Of a DNA stretch of 64,000 bases, positions 26,642 to 40,461 are shown in pieces (position 1 is the stretch's first letter; each line of letters begins with the position of its first letter). Source of the DNA: Octopus sinensis (lineage: Eukaryota). The notes below the pieces were generated by a model. It saw only the letters and a list, made by a program, of their open reading frames with translations, searched no databases and was not told where the DNA came from. The stretch spans positions 80,104,001-80,168,000 of the forward strand of contig NC_043000.1 in NCBI RefSeq assembly GCF_006345805.1, written 5' to 3'. A program made the position numbers and the translations under genes.

Positions 26642-27835
26642 GTTAGATAACTTACATTATACATTACTTAGCATTGTACCATTGTCAACCACTGCTGCCA
26701 CCATGGCACCACCACCAGTGCCACACCACCATCATCATCATTTGGCATTATATATTTATCACCTCTATGATCACCACTACTACCACTTCCACGACCATCC
26801 TCCCATCCTCATCTTCATCATCATCCTCATCATCATAATCACCATCAATATTATTATTATCACTCATCATCCTCATCATTATCCTCAGTTCTGCTGCCAT
26901 CTGTATCATTGCCATCATTATATGTCTTTTATCTGGATCCCTGCCCCAACTTCTTCCACTGCCTCAAACATCCCCACATTCCATGTCAAACATGTCACCA
27001 TTCCCTAATCACTAATCTGTAACACTTCAAACTAAAATAATGAACAAGAGAACCTCTACATGTCCACCTGTTCTGCAAGAGATAGCTGTAAAATCTACCT
27101 CAAATCACACCTTGACTTCCAAGAAATGATCCCTTGGAAAAGAACACAATGGATTATGTGTTCTTGGATAGTAAATAAGACAGGTTGGTCATAGCTAGAA
27201 TGATTTTGAACACAGTTTGCTCGATTAGAGTCGCCTGTGCCTCCACAAGAACAACAGAAAAGCTAACCCACTAATTCCTATAATTACCATAAAGCTAATA
27301 TTTGAGTGACGCTTTGTTTTAATAATCTAGAAAAGATGAAAGGCAAAGTTGGCCAAAGCAGGATTTGAACTCTGAACATAAAGGGCTTGAACTAGATATT
27401 ACATAATCTTTTGTTGTTCAATGTTCTTATGATTTTGCCAATTGTGCACCCTGCAAAAATAATGTTCCCTATGTTAAATACAAGACCGTAAATTTATGTG
27501 AACCCTAGAACTTCACTTATCTTTTATCTTTATCTTTTACTTGCTTCGCTCATTAAACTGCTGACATGCTGAAGCACCAGCTTGATGAATTTTAGTCAAA
27601 CAAATTGACCTCAGTATTTATTTATTTATTTATCTTTGGAGCCTGGTACTTATTTTCGTGGTCTCTTTTTGCTAAACAACTAAGTTACAGGGATGTTAAA
27701 ACACCAACAGTTGTCAAACAGTGGTGAGAGACAAACACCAACTCAAAGACACATAGACATCTGTCTGGTATTTGCCATGATAGATCACTAGCCACTACAC
27801 ATTCTTTATTTTCTCTCCTTGTTTCTTTCTATGTT

Positions 27836-27873
27836 TCTTTCTGTGGAAGAGCGTCGGCTCGAAACGTTAAAGA
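27836..27873 (+). ncRNA. Minimal hammerhead-like motif (A6U core)
   Basis: TCTTT-CTGTGGA-A-GAGC(gtcg)GCTC-GAAAC-GTT-AAAGA; stems I and II perfect, ACGT palindrome. Confidence 0.55.
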
Positions 27874-27999
27874 TTTTTTCACTTCTCGAGCATTAAACCA
27901 ATACATCTGTTTGTTGTCTACACCACCTGTCTTCGTCTTTTGTTTTTCTTTTGTGAATTCTCCCCATATTTGTCTATCTATATACATATCTGATGACCT

Positions 28000-28145
28000 T
28001 CTTTCAGTTTCCATTTACCAAATCCACTCACAGGATTTTGGCCTGCCTGAGGTTATATTAGTAGACATCTTCTCAAGGCGCCATGCAGTGGGACTGAACT
28101 CAGAACCATATGGTTAGGAAGCAAACTTCATCCCACACAGTCATG
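28000..28145 (-). mobile_element. tRNA-derived SINE (family A)
   Basis: Reverse complement of the family A head. Confidence 0.7.
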
Positions 28146-28959
28146 CTTGCTCATAGTATTTTATTTTATCTATCTGAGAATGATGCAAGATTAAAATAGT
28201 CTTCAGCAGAATTTGAAGTCAGAATATAAAAAAGGATGTGACTAAATTGGCATAAGACTTGAAAATATTTCTTACACTAAATTTAGAAATGTTGGCAAGA
28301 GAAGCAGTCAAAGTCTTCCTTTTACAATTCCATTTACAACTACGTATTCTGTCATAATGTGTTTGAGAGTTCCTTTTTTTAACAACCTTAACTACAGAAT
28401 AATCAAAATCTTTAATTAAATGGAACAATATCATATAGATCTATAAATTCCTGCCTTAAAATAGAAATATGAATATTTATAGAGATGGAATTTCCACAAG
28501 CCCAACTAGTAAACATTGCTGTCACCATCACCATCATCATCATCTTCATCATCATAATCATCATCATATAATGTCTATTTTCCATGCTGGATGGTTTGAC
28601 AGAAGCTGGCTAGTTGAAGAGCTGGCCAGGCTCCATGTCTATTTTTGCATGGTTTGCACGGCTAGATGCCCTTCCTAATGACAACCACTTTACAGCATGT
28701 ACTGGTGCTTTTACACAGCACCAGCATCTGTGCCTTTATGTGGCACTGGCACAGGTGATTTTTATGTGTCACCAGCACCCATAAATCTCCTAGGTTAGGG
28801 TCATTCAGCTGAAGAGGGATGTAAGGGACATTGGACATGGCTTGACATTCTGCAAGGACTTTTGATTGATGCTTCAATTATTTGGTCAAACAGCAATTTG
28901 ACAGAAGCTCATTTGAAATAAAATCAGGAAGGATGAAAGGAAAGGTGGACCTTGATGAA

Positions 28960-29480
28960 ACTGAACTCATGATGTAAGTTGAAGCATGTGATATTTCCAA
29001 AGGGGAGTGGAAGGTAAGAGAGAGAAAGAGGGAGAGTGGAGGGGTTTACAAAGGAGAGGAGTAGAGATACAGGAGTAGACTTGAGTGGACTGGAGTGGAG
29101 GTAGAGGAGTGGAGTAGAGGCAGTGAAGAAGTGATGGTAGAGGAGTGGAGGTAGAAGAGTAGAGGCAGGAAAGTGGTTTACGAAGAGAAGAGTAAAGATA
29201 CTAGAGTGGACTTGAGTGGAATGTAGATAGAGAAGTGGAGTAAAGAGAATGGAAGTAGAAGAGAAGAAAGAGTGAAGCGTAGGTGGTGAAGTGGAGTAGA
29301 GGTTGTGGAAATGAGGTATTGAGTGGAGTGGCGTGGATAGGTATACAGAGTGCAGAGACAAGTGGAGTAGAAATAAGCTAAATGGAATAAAATGGAGTGG
29401 AGGAGTGGAGTGGAGTGGAGATAATAGAAGAGAAAGAGTGGAGTGGAGGTAGGGAAAAGAAGAGAAAGGGATAACTTTCA
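28960..29480. repeat. Purine-rich degenerate (GGAGT/AGAGG)n tract
   Basis: Strong purine strand bias with recurring gagtggagt. Confidence 0.8.
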
Positions 29481-29659
29481 ATCAGTCATTCGATAATGAT
29501 GATGATGATGATGATGATGATGGGGAGAGAGGGGGAAAGGTATGAGAGTTGTTTGTTGTTTTCTAATCTGATACAAAGAAAATAAACAAATGAATATAAA
29601 TATTGAAATATATTCAGTCATTGGTGAAATGATAGAATGGTTGAGTGGTTGACTTGAGA

Positions 29660-29678
29660 CAGAACTAATAACAATAGC

Positions 29679-29736
<58 letters not shown>

Positions 29737-29742
29737 GTAGTA

Positions 29743-29781
<39 letters not shown>

Positions 29782-29830
29782 GTAACAATAATGATAATAA
29801 TAATAATAATAGTAACAATAATGATAATAG
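29660..29830. repeat. (AAT)n microsatellite
   Basis: Read directly from the sequence. Confidence 0.95.
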
Positions 29831-31619
29831 TAACAAAAGCAACAGCTACAACAACAATTACTGCAGCAACAACAACTGCAACAACAAAACAACTACATCA
29901 ACAAGAGACAAACAAACAAACATCTGCTGCAATTGATTCTTTTTTTGTTACAATATGGAGCCACATCTGACATGTGACTAACATATCTAAATAGATATAG
30001 AACAGCAACAACAACAACAACAACAATAACAACTATAAAAGTAAACACAAAAATGAACTTAAAAAATAAAAGAAAAGAAATAAAATAATTTTTTGAAAAC
30101 AGAAATTTGATTTTCCTTTATATATTTACCAACCATCAAGTGTGTCAGAGATGAGGTGAGGATGATAGATACATGTAGGCATACTGTTAGTAAAGATATG
30201 TAATTCTGTGTGTGTGCATGCACATATATGCAAACACACACACACACACACACATATCTATACGCACACACACACATACACTCACATATATATGCATATA
30301 TGTATTTGTTTCAACTCTCTGCAGCCTGGGTTCAAATCCTGCTATGGCCTACTTCAAATGTTGGCTTCATCACTCACCCAGTTTAACATCACCACCTTGT
30401 ATGTCTCTGTCAGTGTTCACTTTGTTGTAAGTACTCAGACAATGTCTCCAGTTTAGGGATACCTTCCATTTTCCTTTCAACCTATCTCAGAGGCTCTAGA
30501 AAGGGTCATTAGGCACTGCTTTCAATCTTGACTAAATGATTAAGAAACAGTTGATGTATCTTCTTCAAGCAGCCATAACCAACCAGGATGCTTTTCACAA
30601 TGCCACATTAGGAATCTCCATCCTCTATTTTGCATTGGTAAAACCTTGATTTCATGTTGTGTCTCCACCAGTAACATCAGAGTAGTTAAGTTGCCTTTGT
30701 CCTCTATTAGGGTATGGAAATGTCCAAAACATAGCATCTGATATAACCTGGTGTTCGGTTCAATAGCAGTAGCCTGCAAAACCTACCTTACTTTGAGCAA
30801 TAACAGTACAATATGTGCAAGCATATATGATTATATATATATATATATATATATACATATATATGCGTATATACATATATATGCATATATATATACACAC
30901 ACACTCAATGAAAATAAATTACATATATCATCCATCATTTTAGATTATGAGGTAATATCCCCATTTAAACATTTATACTGCTGTAGATACCATGAGAGAA
31001 ACTCTCATATCCACTTCTGTTGCAAAAGGCACTCTTGTTTTTATTACTAGCAGAGAGATAAATCCTTGCCGCTTCTAGCACTGATACCACCAGGTCACAT
31101 GATTTTGACCCTCCTTGGTCTTGTCAGTGACAGTCACTTGATTGTTGGAGATAAATTATGAGTATTCTAGTTGTTCTATCAACTAAACTACTGACATTAT
31201 TCATCTAAGCTACTGATGTATTCTTAATATGAACCATCTACAAGCATATGTTGTGAGCAAACCCATACATAAAAAGCATTCTTGCCAACCTCTTTCCAGT
31301 AAATTTACTGAGAGTAGCAACTTCTTTTCCACCTTCACCTTCACCAAGTAGAATTTACAAAAAGTTTATTTGAAATGGCTCTCTCTTCAGTTTTTTCTAT
31401 GTTTTTTATCATACTATCAGTTTTGTCTCATAATACCACCCTATCAGTTTTATCTTAAACATAACTCCTTATAAAGGAAAATACCAGCCCTTCCCGGCCA
31501 AGCAATATCTATCTTTATATTTTTCATTATCACAATTCTCCATCTATCACAACTGAAAGTTTGGTTTGCATCTTCTGCCTGTCTCTGTCCCTAAATGTCT
31601 GTCTTTCTGCATATATATC

Positions 31620-31795
31620 ATCATCATTATCAGCAGCATTATTTAACGTCCATTTTCCATGCTGGCATGGGTTGGATGGTTTGACTGAAAACTGGTAAGC
31701 TGGAGAATAGCACCAGGTTCCAACCTGATTTGGCTTGGTCTCTATAGCTGGATGTTCTTCCTAACACCAACCACTCCAAGAGTGTAGTGGGGTCT
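31620..31795 (-). mobile_element. RTE 3'-UTR-type short element
   Basis: Reverse complement of cactacactct...ttaggaag..catccagct...aacccatgccagcatgg...gacgttaaat; related copies at about 28560-28760 (-), 35660-35770 (+) and 48590-48945 (+). Confidence 0.75.
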
Positions 31796-31851
31796 TTCAA
31801 TTATGAAATATCAACATCAACTACAACTAGGATCTCAAGTTATGAAACACC

Positions 31852-31906
<55 letters not shown>

Positions 31907-31908
<2 letters not shown>

Positions 31909-33009
31909 TAGCAGTATAGCCCAGCATTGCCCAGGATTAAGTTAGGATTATTAAGCTAATCAAGCACTTTGTTTCAAACCAAACTAAGTAACACTGATGT
32001 GAAACTTGAGCGAAATCCATTGAAATTGGTAAATGTTTGGCTGAAAATGGGTTGCAGACAATTTGATTAGGAAATCCAGTAAGGAATCAGTTTATTGATT
32101 TTACACCCCGAATAGGACTCAAATGAACACAACATTGCTGATTCAAAAAATCTATATTTATATTTTAAAGTTGGTTTTCACACCCAGCCCAGTTCTGCAG
32201 AATGAGTGTCACAAAGGGAACGCATGGGTTGGGAGTTTGACCAGCAGAAGTGATTAGTTTGCACATGCCGGCCCTTTCGAATCCCCCATCATCATCTAAC
32301 CCCACTTGGCCCATGAGTTTGGAGCCCTTCCAGCAAGGAAAATAGAACACCCAAAAGGGCTGCCAATCCTCTGTGTCAGAAGAGGTTATGTTTGGATCAC
32401 AATTAAGCCTTAACATAAGTCTAAGCTAACCTAGTGAAAGGGGACTCAGAAGCCTCTGAAAGCAGCGACTAATCCTGATCTAGACCTAACCCCTCCCAGG
32501 GGTACTATCGGTCAAGGCTGCCTTGAAGATATGCATTGGAGAAGGTTGCCTCAGAGATCTGCATGAGTCTGGGATGGGTGGGTCCTCCCTCCCCCTACCT
32601 CCCTTTTTCCAAACCAAAATAAGGGATTTGCAGCATATTAGGAGGTCAGGGTACTTGATTTTACATAAACAATCTGAGTTTTTCTTTTTTCTTCGTGAAA
32701 ATCATGCAGGTGTTAAGCTAAAAATTTACCCTTTGTTTTTCTTTTTCCCCATTGCAAGACAGGTGACTTGACTCATATTAGCAAACTTACAAATATCACC
32801 AACGTGGAAAGTGGTAAAAGTTATAGTTGAAAATCGATTTTTACCATTATCCATGGGTGCCTCAGGGAAAATAAGTTGACAAAAATACAGCCATGATCAT
32901 GACCAATGTTCTAAAATTGGAGTTACATGGGTGCTAATTTGTGGACATGCATAAATTACATTCACATACACACACATACACACATCCTGCCTTTTATAGA
33001 TAAATAGAT
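31907..33009 (+). mobile_element. Possible non-autonomous Helitron/Helentron-like element
   Basis: Starts in (TA)n with actagcagtatagcccagcattgcccagga (subterminal IR-like); ends acatac...cttttatagataaatagat. Assigned from terminal motifs only. Confidence 0.4.
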
Positions 33010-33759
33010 GAGTGACTTAAAATAAATATATTTTAATTGTTGTGTGAGAAAGTATATATAATCTGATTATAAAATATAGTGTCTTTCAAAAACATTCTAA
33101 ATTTGAAGACTATATCTCGTGTTTAAGAAAAAAGAAAACATTTTACATTTTTATTTTTGATGAACGCTGTCACTTACTATCTCTCCCTCACACACACACA
33201 CACACACACATACAGCAAAACACAACTTCTCTCTCCCTCACATATACACACACTTTCACTCCGATATGGCAAGAAGGGGACTTAACTCATGTTAGCCAAA
33301 CATTATAAATTGGTAAAAGTGGTTGAAAATTTTTACCGCTTAATCAATTTTCTCGGTAACTATGGGGACTAGGAAAAAAATACAAATGGCAGCACAATCT
33401 ATGGACCCGTCTCCACCTGTGTGCTATTTTTCACATGAATCCACCCAGCTGTTTGGCTGTGAACCTGAAGACAAGAAAGAATACAAGAATACAATGATCG
33501 CCCATGTCCAATTTATATACTATATATATATATTTATATATATATATATATATATATGGTCATTTTATTATGTTAAACCTTTAATCCCTAGACATTTTCC
33601 TTCTCTTTGATTTTTCATTTTCTCTCAATTTTGTTCCTCTCATCCCTTTCTGTGAAAGAGTGTAGGGTCAAAACATTTTCCATTCTTCTTGAGCATCAAA
33701 CTAATACACCTGCTTGTTGTTTCCTCACTCATCTTCATCTTCTCTTTTCTGTACATTTG

Positions 33760-33823
<64 letters not shown>

Positions 33824-34141
33824 TAAAGATTATTTGCCAACATAACATGGCAGTCCTATATATATATATATATATATATGTAGTCGAAATATGCACACAC
33901 ACATATGTGGATTTAACAACAGTATGCACACATATATATGTAAATGTAATGACGGTATTATTTCTCTCTCTCTTACTGAACTGTTTTCATTTCTCAGCAC
34001 TATCATTAAAGATATTTAAATATTAATTAACCATTGTTGAAAATAAGGAATTTCTAATTTCTAAAGTAGTAGCTAATAATGAAATATTAACAAAAATACC
34101 TATTTCCATTCATGAATTATTCTATCGAACATATATTCATA

Positions 34142-35250
34142 CAGGGGATCGACAAATTTTTTCTGCCATCAGAAAAATTTTAGTTCTAGAAAGTTCGTTT
34201 TGTGGAGCTACTTTAGCATATATTTGTGAATTGTAAACTGAAAGTAAAATACTTGTTTCAGTCTTTTCTGTAATGTGAGCACTTATTGCATATTTTAACA
34301 TAAATTACGAGACATTATTTTTCAGGCATTAGCACAATGTTTATTTTAACATTACCTTGGACAATCCCTTCAAACTTTTTATGCAAATTTTCTTGTGCAG
34401 AGGCAGCTTGCAATAGTGCAATAAGTGTTATCTACCAAGAAACCTTTCTTACTTGAGAAAAAATCTTCTTTCAAATGAAAATGCATTTAAAGGAAATAGG
34501 TTCTTTAGTTTGAAGGAAGAGAAAGTGATCTAAACCTGAAAAAATAGCTGTTGATCTGAAGAGTTTGAAGTTTACGGTAGAATATATGTTAAGGAATGAC
34601 TATAACTGGAAGAAGAAGAGAAGAAAAAATGAAAATGTTGCTTGGGAAGAGAATTCAAAGTTGAATGAAGATGACTGTGTCATGTGTACTGGAGAAAAGG
34701 CAACAACAAGTGAGAGCCTTGCCCCATATTCAAGGAGTGGGATATACTTCCATCCTCCAACAGTGGTCATGTGTCAAAAACAGTCGAGGAATGGATGCAA
34801 AATAAGTCTACTGGAATGGCCATGGAGAAGTCCAGACTTGAACATAATTGAAAACATGGACTATGTGGACAGACCAGAAGTGACAAGTAAGGCAGATTAT
34901 AGGGAAACAGATTTTAGGAGCCTAAGGTAGACTGATAGAAACAAAAAGAGATGTTATAATGAACATGTTTGTCTGGTACAATGAATGAATAGGGCAAGTG
35001 TTTGAAAAGAAAGGCAAGAATATGGACTACTGAAGCTGAGTAGCATTGTCTGAAAAATATTGTCACATGATTTTAATAAAATTTTTGTGAATTCAACTTG
35101 AATTTTTACATATACCCTCAGTGGGTGGGTGCAATCACAACAGGAATGTTATGCACATATCCACATTGTTTTACTCAAAAAGTGTGTTTATCACTATGTG
35201 GCTATACTCATTACATCTGCAGTGTCTGAAAAAATGTGTTGACTCCACTG
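34142..35250 (+). mobile_element. Tc1/mariner DNA transposon relic
   Basis: TA flanks; degenerate TIRs CAGGGGA-TCGACAAATTTTTTC vs CAGTGGAGTCAACACATTTTTTC; ORF 34565-34930 has WPWRSPDLNIIEN (Tc1 WPxxSPDLNPIEN). Confidence 0.8.
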
Positions 35251-36309
35251 TATGTCTTTTTAAATAACACCTGAAATGTTAATGAGCCTACAAATGATAT
35301 ATCATAATTTGATAATTTATTGAGTAAAATGGGTGAACAGAATAACTCAGGGGAAGCAAATCATGTGTCTGTCAATTACCAGACAGTTATGCTGCATCTT
35401 GGTGAGTAACTTCTATAAGCCTTGGGCCAACCAAAGCCTTATAAGTAGATTTAATAGAAGAAAACAGAAAGAAGCTTGTTGTGTGTGTGCATGCGTGTGT
35501 GTGTGTGTGTGCGTGCATATGTGTGTGTGTTCCCTTATCTTCATATCGTGTGATTGTTGTAAGTAAGTTTCACCATCATACAAGTGGTGTTTATCATTTG
35601 AAGTCATTCATGAAACACATATCTAGTCATGGAGAAATAGTATGTTTCTTTGAAACACAGATGAACGGTGGTGACAGGAAGGGCATCTGGTTGTAGAAAA
35701 TCTGTCTTAACAAATTCTGTCTAACTCATGAAGCCATGGAAATGTTCATGTTAAAATGATGATGATAATGATGACATATTAGTTACACTATCCCAGATGT
35801 TATATGAACAGTAGCCACTGGGTACTGAAACCAGATCAGCTTTGTTCGATGTAATCATACCCCACACTTTACAGCAATTGCTATTACAGTATTTACCTTC
35901 AACCTCCAGGAACACACCAATTTAAACTTAAAAACTCTCATCATATCAGCAAATATTTTTTAAAGGTTCTTTTTACTTTTGTTGTTTTGTATATTTGTTG
36001 TCTGTTCTCATAGAAAGGTTTCTGACAGATATTAGAAACAGAAATAGCAACAAATGGACACATCAGGTCTACATTGCATATAGAAGTATATTAGTCTGCA
36101 GACTGATGCACAAAACTACATTGCTATAAACTGATGCATTAAACAAACATGTTTAAGACAAAAACAATTCTAACTTGCTTCTCAACAATCTAAAATGTAT
36201 CTTATATACCTTGTCTGACAACTTAATTATAAAAAAGTGTGTATGTGTGTGTGTGTATGTACATATATATATTACATACATATATATAAATATAATATAT
36301 ATATAGACT

Positions 36310-36490
36310 GTCGTTTCTGTCGTTACATTCTGAGTTCAAATTCCGCCAAGGTCGACTTCACCTTTCATCCTTTCGGGGTCGATGAATAAAGTACCAGTTT
36401 CGCACTGGGGTCAACGTAATCAACTTAGTCCCTTTGTCTGTCCTTGTTTGTCCCCTCTATGTTTAGCCACTTGTGGGCAATAAAGAAATA
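36310..36490 (+). mobile_element. SINE (family C)
   Basis: gagttcaaattcc B box, gtcgacttcacctttcatcctttcggggtcgat; related copies at about 49900-50110 (-) and 53075-53250 (+). Confidence 0.6.
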
Positions 36491-37107
36491 TATATAGACA
36501 CATACACACACATACACACACATACACACACACACATATAGATGTATGTATACATACGTGTGTGTGTGTGTAGAATAAAACAAGACACGAGGAATTATTT
36601 ATAAGATATTTAGTTACATCACTTACACATATTTCAATAACAAAAAATTTTAAGGAGGCACATAATATAAGTAACATAATCAAGACATATTGTCATATCT
36701 TCAGAGAGATGTAAATATTTTATGTAATATTACTAGATAGGTAGTCACTATCTCCATGATAGTTACTTTTGTCTAGAATTCTACAAGCCAGCAATGTTAT
36801 GCATAAAGGTTATATATCTCAGGAAATTCAAAAATATATCTTGATTATGCAATTTACATTTTGTAATAAATATCGATTTTTTTATTTTTGTTAATGAAAT
36901 ACACTTAAGACTAAATATCTTATAAGCAATCTCTCGTGTTTTGTTTTATCTTCTATATGTATTATATGAGATATCCAAACTCTGGATTCTTACTAAATGA
37001 TATGAGCACAATAACATGAACACATGAAGTTCCAAGTTCTCGTTGTTTATCACACTGACTTTTAAATTACGCAAAAATGAATATCTGAATATATATATAT
37101 ATATATA

Positions 37108-37413
37108 TATTATATATCATGTGGCTGTTTCCCAAGCTTCCCAACCACATGGTTTTAGGTTCAGTCCCACTGTGTGGCACCTTGGGCAAGTGTCTTCTAC
37201 TATAGCCTTGGGCCAACCAAAGCCTCAGGAGTGGATTTGGTAGACAGAAACTGAAATCAGTCCATTGTATATATATATGTATATATCCATGCATGTGTGT
37301 TTTTGTATCTATGTTTGTCCCCCAACACAGCTTGACAACTGGTGTTGGTGTGTTCAGCAAAAGAGACTGATAAAATAGGTACTAGGCTTAAAAATAAATC
37401 CTGTGTTTGATTT
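37108..37413 (+). mobile_element. Family A SINE, 5' part (3' part resumes at 40545-40620)
   Basis: Joining ...gtgtttgattt to ctatagctaaaaacccttcaaggtggtg reconstitutes the uninterrupted tail seen at 60900-60995. Confidence 0.8.
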
Positions 37414-37456
37414 ACGTTATCTACATTTGACAGATATTTGTCCTCATCTTGTTTGT

Positions 37457-37500
37457 AAACACGTTTCAGCTGATATACCCTTCAGCCTTCATCAGGTGTC
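37457..37500 (-). ncRNA. Minimal type I hammerhead (left arm)
   Basis: GACAC-CTGATGA-A-GGCTG(aagggtatat)CAGCT-GAAAC-GT..GTTT; 3' side has a small deletion. Confidence 0.65.
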
Positions 37501-37560
37501 TTGGGGGAAATTTTGAACCTGGGTTCTCATTCCTAAGGTATTTTTCGATGTTATTATTAT

Positions 37561-39083
37561 TTTTTTCCCTTCTTTCTTCAAATTTTCTTCCGTTTCTCAC
37601 TGAGTGTTTTCCGTACACCTAGGACAAGAAGCTCATTCTATGCATTCCCAGATTACATACGCAAATTCACAGGTAAAATATGTATTTGAAAATTAATAAA
37701 TAAATAAATTCATGAGTGGATGTTCATTTTCACAGCGATAATGCTCTTCTCAGTACATAAGCCGTTCCAGTTAATACGATTTTTTGCACTTCCTGTAGGG
37801 ATGGTGAGCCTGGTATCATTTTCAAATAGGTTTCAGTACCTTTTTTTTATCATTCCTAGACATCCTACAATCACTGGTACTGTAGTCGCCTTGAGTTGCC
37901 ACATTTTTTTCAATTTCTATTAGCAAGTCTTTATATTTGATCGTGTCAAATTCTTTTGCCGCTATATTGTGATCGCAAGGAATACTCATGTCAATTAACA
38001 AACACATCTTTTTTGTCTGATCTTTTATAATAACATCCGATTTATTAGCTTTTATAGTTTTGTTGGTATGTACAGGGAAGTCCCATAGAATCAACACATT
38101 TTCTCCCTCAGTCACAGCTTCAGGATGGTGTTTATACCTTTTGTCAGTGGTTTTGATTTTATAATGCTGACATATTGTCCAATGTAAGTACTGGACAACT
38201 CTGTCATGTCTTGCTTTATATTCTACAGGTGCTAAGAATCTACACCCTGAGATTAGGTGGTCTATAGTTTCAATCTCATCGTTACAGAATCAGCATTTTG
38301 GGTCAGCTCCATTTTTTATCACATTGGCTTGGTAGTTCCGGCTAATATGAAACCTTCACTCTCTGCTTTTAGCCATGAGCTTCGTAACCATTGGTGCATG
38401 TGTTTCTGGTTGACATCAGCTTGTTTGCTACAGGCCATATACTTGCCATGTAGAGGTTTCTGTTCCCATCTGCTAGCTAATTTTTCATGTGCTTTTGTCT
38501 TTGCAATTAATTCTATTTTCTTTGCAGCAGCAGTTGGCGCATTTCCTTCAGCCTGATCAATCTGGTAGGTATTTAAGAGATCAGTAGCGAAGTTTTTGCT
38601 CTCTTTCAGAATAGAGTGAAGTTTTTTCGGTCTTTCATGTTTTTCAACAAGTTTTAGCATCCAATTGTTGGTTGCTTCAAGGTATTTGGCCAGTCCGATT
38701 GTGGTGGTTTTGTATGTAAGTTCAAGCTGGATCAAACCTCGACCTCCCTGAGCTCTGGGAAGCTAAAGACAATCCACGTCTGCCTTTGGATAGTGCATCT
38801 TATTGCAAGTCAGTAGCTTGCAGATTTTTCTGTCAATTTGCATTATTTCACTGGTATTCCAGTTAAGCACCTTGAAGCTATAAAGAACAACTGGTACTGC
38901 TAAGGAATTTATGGCTAACACCTTATTATATGCATTCAGCTCAGACTTCAGGACTGCTCGAACTCTTCTATAACATTCGTTCCTAACCTTCTCTTTCATG
39001 CTTGCATGCTGGATACCAGAGCCTTCATTTATTCCTAGGTATTTATAGGCTTGTTCCTGTTCAAGTTCCTTTATTGCTGTTAC
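37561..39083 (-). mobile_element. Dong/R4-like RLE non-LTR retrotransposon, 3' fragment A
   Basis: YKYLG, KVLAINSLAVPVVLYSF, KPLHGKY...WL...LKAESEGFI, ILWDFPVHT...NKSDVII...LIDMSIP; bounded by (TAA)n. Confidence 0.85.
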
Positions 39084-39096
39084 GTTATTATTTTTA

Positions 39097-39146
<50 letters not shown>

Positions 39147-39147
39147 T

Positions 39148-39187
<40 letters not shown>

Positions 39188-39188
<1 letters not shown>

Positions 39189-39428
39189 TTTTTTTTATTT
39201 TCTTCTTTCAAATTTGCTTCCATTTCTTGCCGAGTGTCTTCCCGACTCCTAGGGCAAAGAAACTCATAGTATACATTGGTAGGCCATTAAACTAAACTCA
39301 ATAATTCGTTCATTTAAAAAAATTTTTTTTTTAAGTTAAATTAAAATACATGGGTAGTAATAGTTCTCACATCGACAATGCTCTTCTCAATATGTATTCT
39401 AACCGCCTTGAGATGCCACATTTTCTCA

Positions 39429-39430
<2 letters not shown>
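39188..39430 (-). mobile_element. Dong/R4-like 3' fragment B (internally deleted)
   Basis: aaaatgtggcatctcaaggcg and gagaagagcattgtcgatgtga match the 3' end of fragment A; flanked by (TAA)n on both sides. Confidence 0.7.
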
Positions 39431-39494
<64 letters not shown>

Positions 39495-39540
39495 CATTAT
39501 TAATATTATTATTATTATTAACATTATTATTATTATTATT

Positions 39541-40107
39541 CTATGTTTGACTTTTGCTTTACATTTGCACAAGCTGGCTCCAAGTCTCACCCAGAGACCT
39601 CAAGAGACAACAAGTTGGAAGTTCATGTTGGTGTTATGCCTTGGGTGCCATATATTTGGTTTTGTACTTAGTGTTGTACTAGTGAATGCCTAAAAAACCA
39701 TACGAAAATTATGTTTATTTTAAAACTTGAGATTACATAGAAAGTATTTTGTGTAGGATATGAGCAGTTCCCATGAGCACTATCATTTGAATTTCTGCGA
39801 TTTTGGGGTTTCCTGGTATATGAGTTAGGTAGCAATCAGCCCCTTTTGCTATCATTCCCAGGGCACCTATGACAACAGGTATTGTTTTAGTCTTCAGGTT
39901 CCACATTTTGCTGATTTCTATTTCCAGATCTTTATATTTGCTCAGTTTCTGGTAGGTCTTGACAGATATGTTTATATCGATTGAGACAGTCAGATCAATG
40001 AGGAAGCATGTTTTTTGTCTGAAGTCTTTTACTATGATGTCTGGCCTATTTGCGTCTATCTTTCTGTCAGTTTGAATGGCGAAGTTCCAGAGGAGTGAGA
40101 TGTGGTC
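39541..40107 (-). mobile_element. Dong/R4-like 3' fragment C (RLE domain)
   Basis: LLWNFAIQTDRKIDANRPDIIVKD...LIDLTV...KLSKYKDLEIEI..MW...IPVVIGALG = PD-(D/E)xK restriction-like endonuclease; (TAA)n on both sides. Confidence 0.88.
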
Positions 40108-40284
40108 ATTATTATTATTATTATTATTATTCAGGTCACTGCCTGGAATTGAACTCGGAATCTTGGGTTTAGTAGCCCATGCTCTTAACCACTGTGCCAT
40201 ATGCCCATGGGATATGGTTAAGAGCGCGGGCTACTAACCCCAAGATTCCGAGTTCAATTCCAGGCAGTGACCTGAATAATAATG

Positions 40285-40328
<44 letters not shown>

Positions 40329-40415
40329 GAGAACAACAAGAACAAGAACAACAATAATAATAATAACATCGAAAAATACCTTAGGAATGAGAACCCAGGT
40401 TCGAAATTTCCCCAA

Positions 40416-40461
40416 GATACCTCATGAAGGCTGGAGAGTATATCAGCTGAAACATCATGTT
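40416..40461 (+). ncRNA. Minimal type I hammerhead (right arm), mutated
   Basis: GATAC-CTCATGA-A-GGCTG(gagagtatat)CAGCT-GAAAC-ATC-ATGTT; G5C change, and two CpA positions consistent with decay from GAAACGTCGTGTT. Confidence 0.55.

Noticed and set aside
26642-27008. His-rich extension of ORF 26433-27008
   Set aside because: Read-through into intronic (CAT/CAC)n after the splice donor.
29618-29892. Poly-Leu and poly-Tyr ORFs (also 39002-39550 and 40169-40479)
   Set aside because: (AAT)n microsatellite translations.
40131-40275. Two apparent tRNA-Ser(ACT) genes
   Set aside because: No complete acceptor stem, an anticodon not normally used in eukaryotes, and direct continuation into (AAT)n; treated as retroelement heads.
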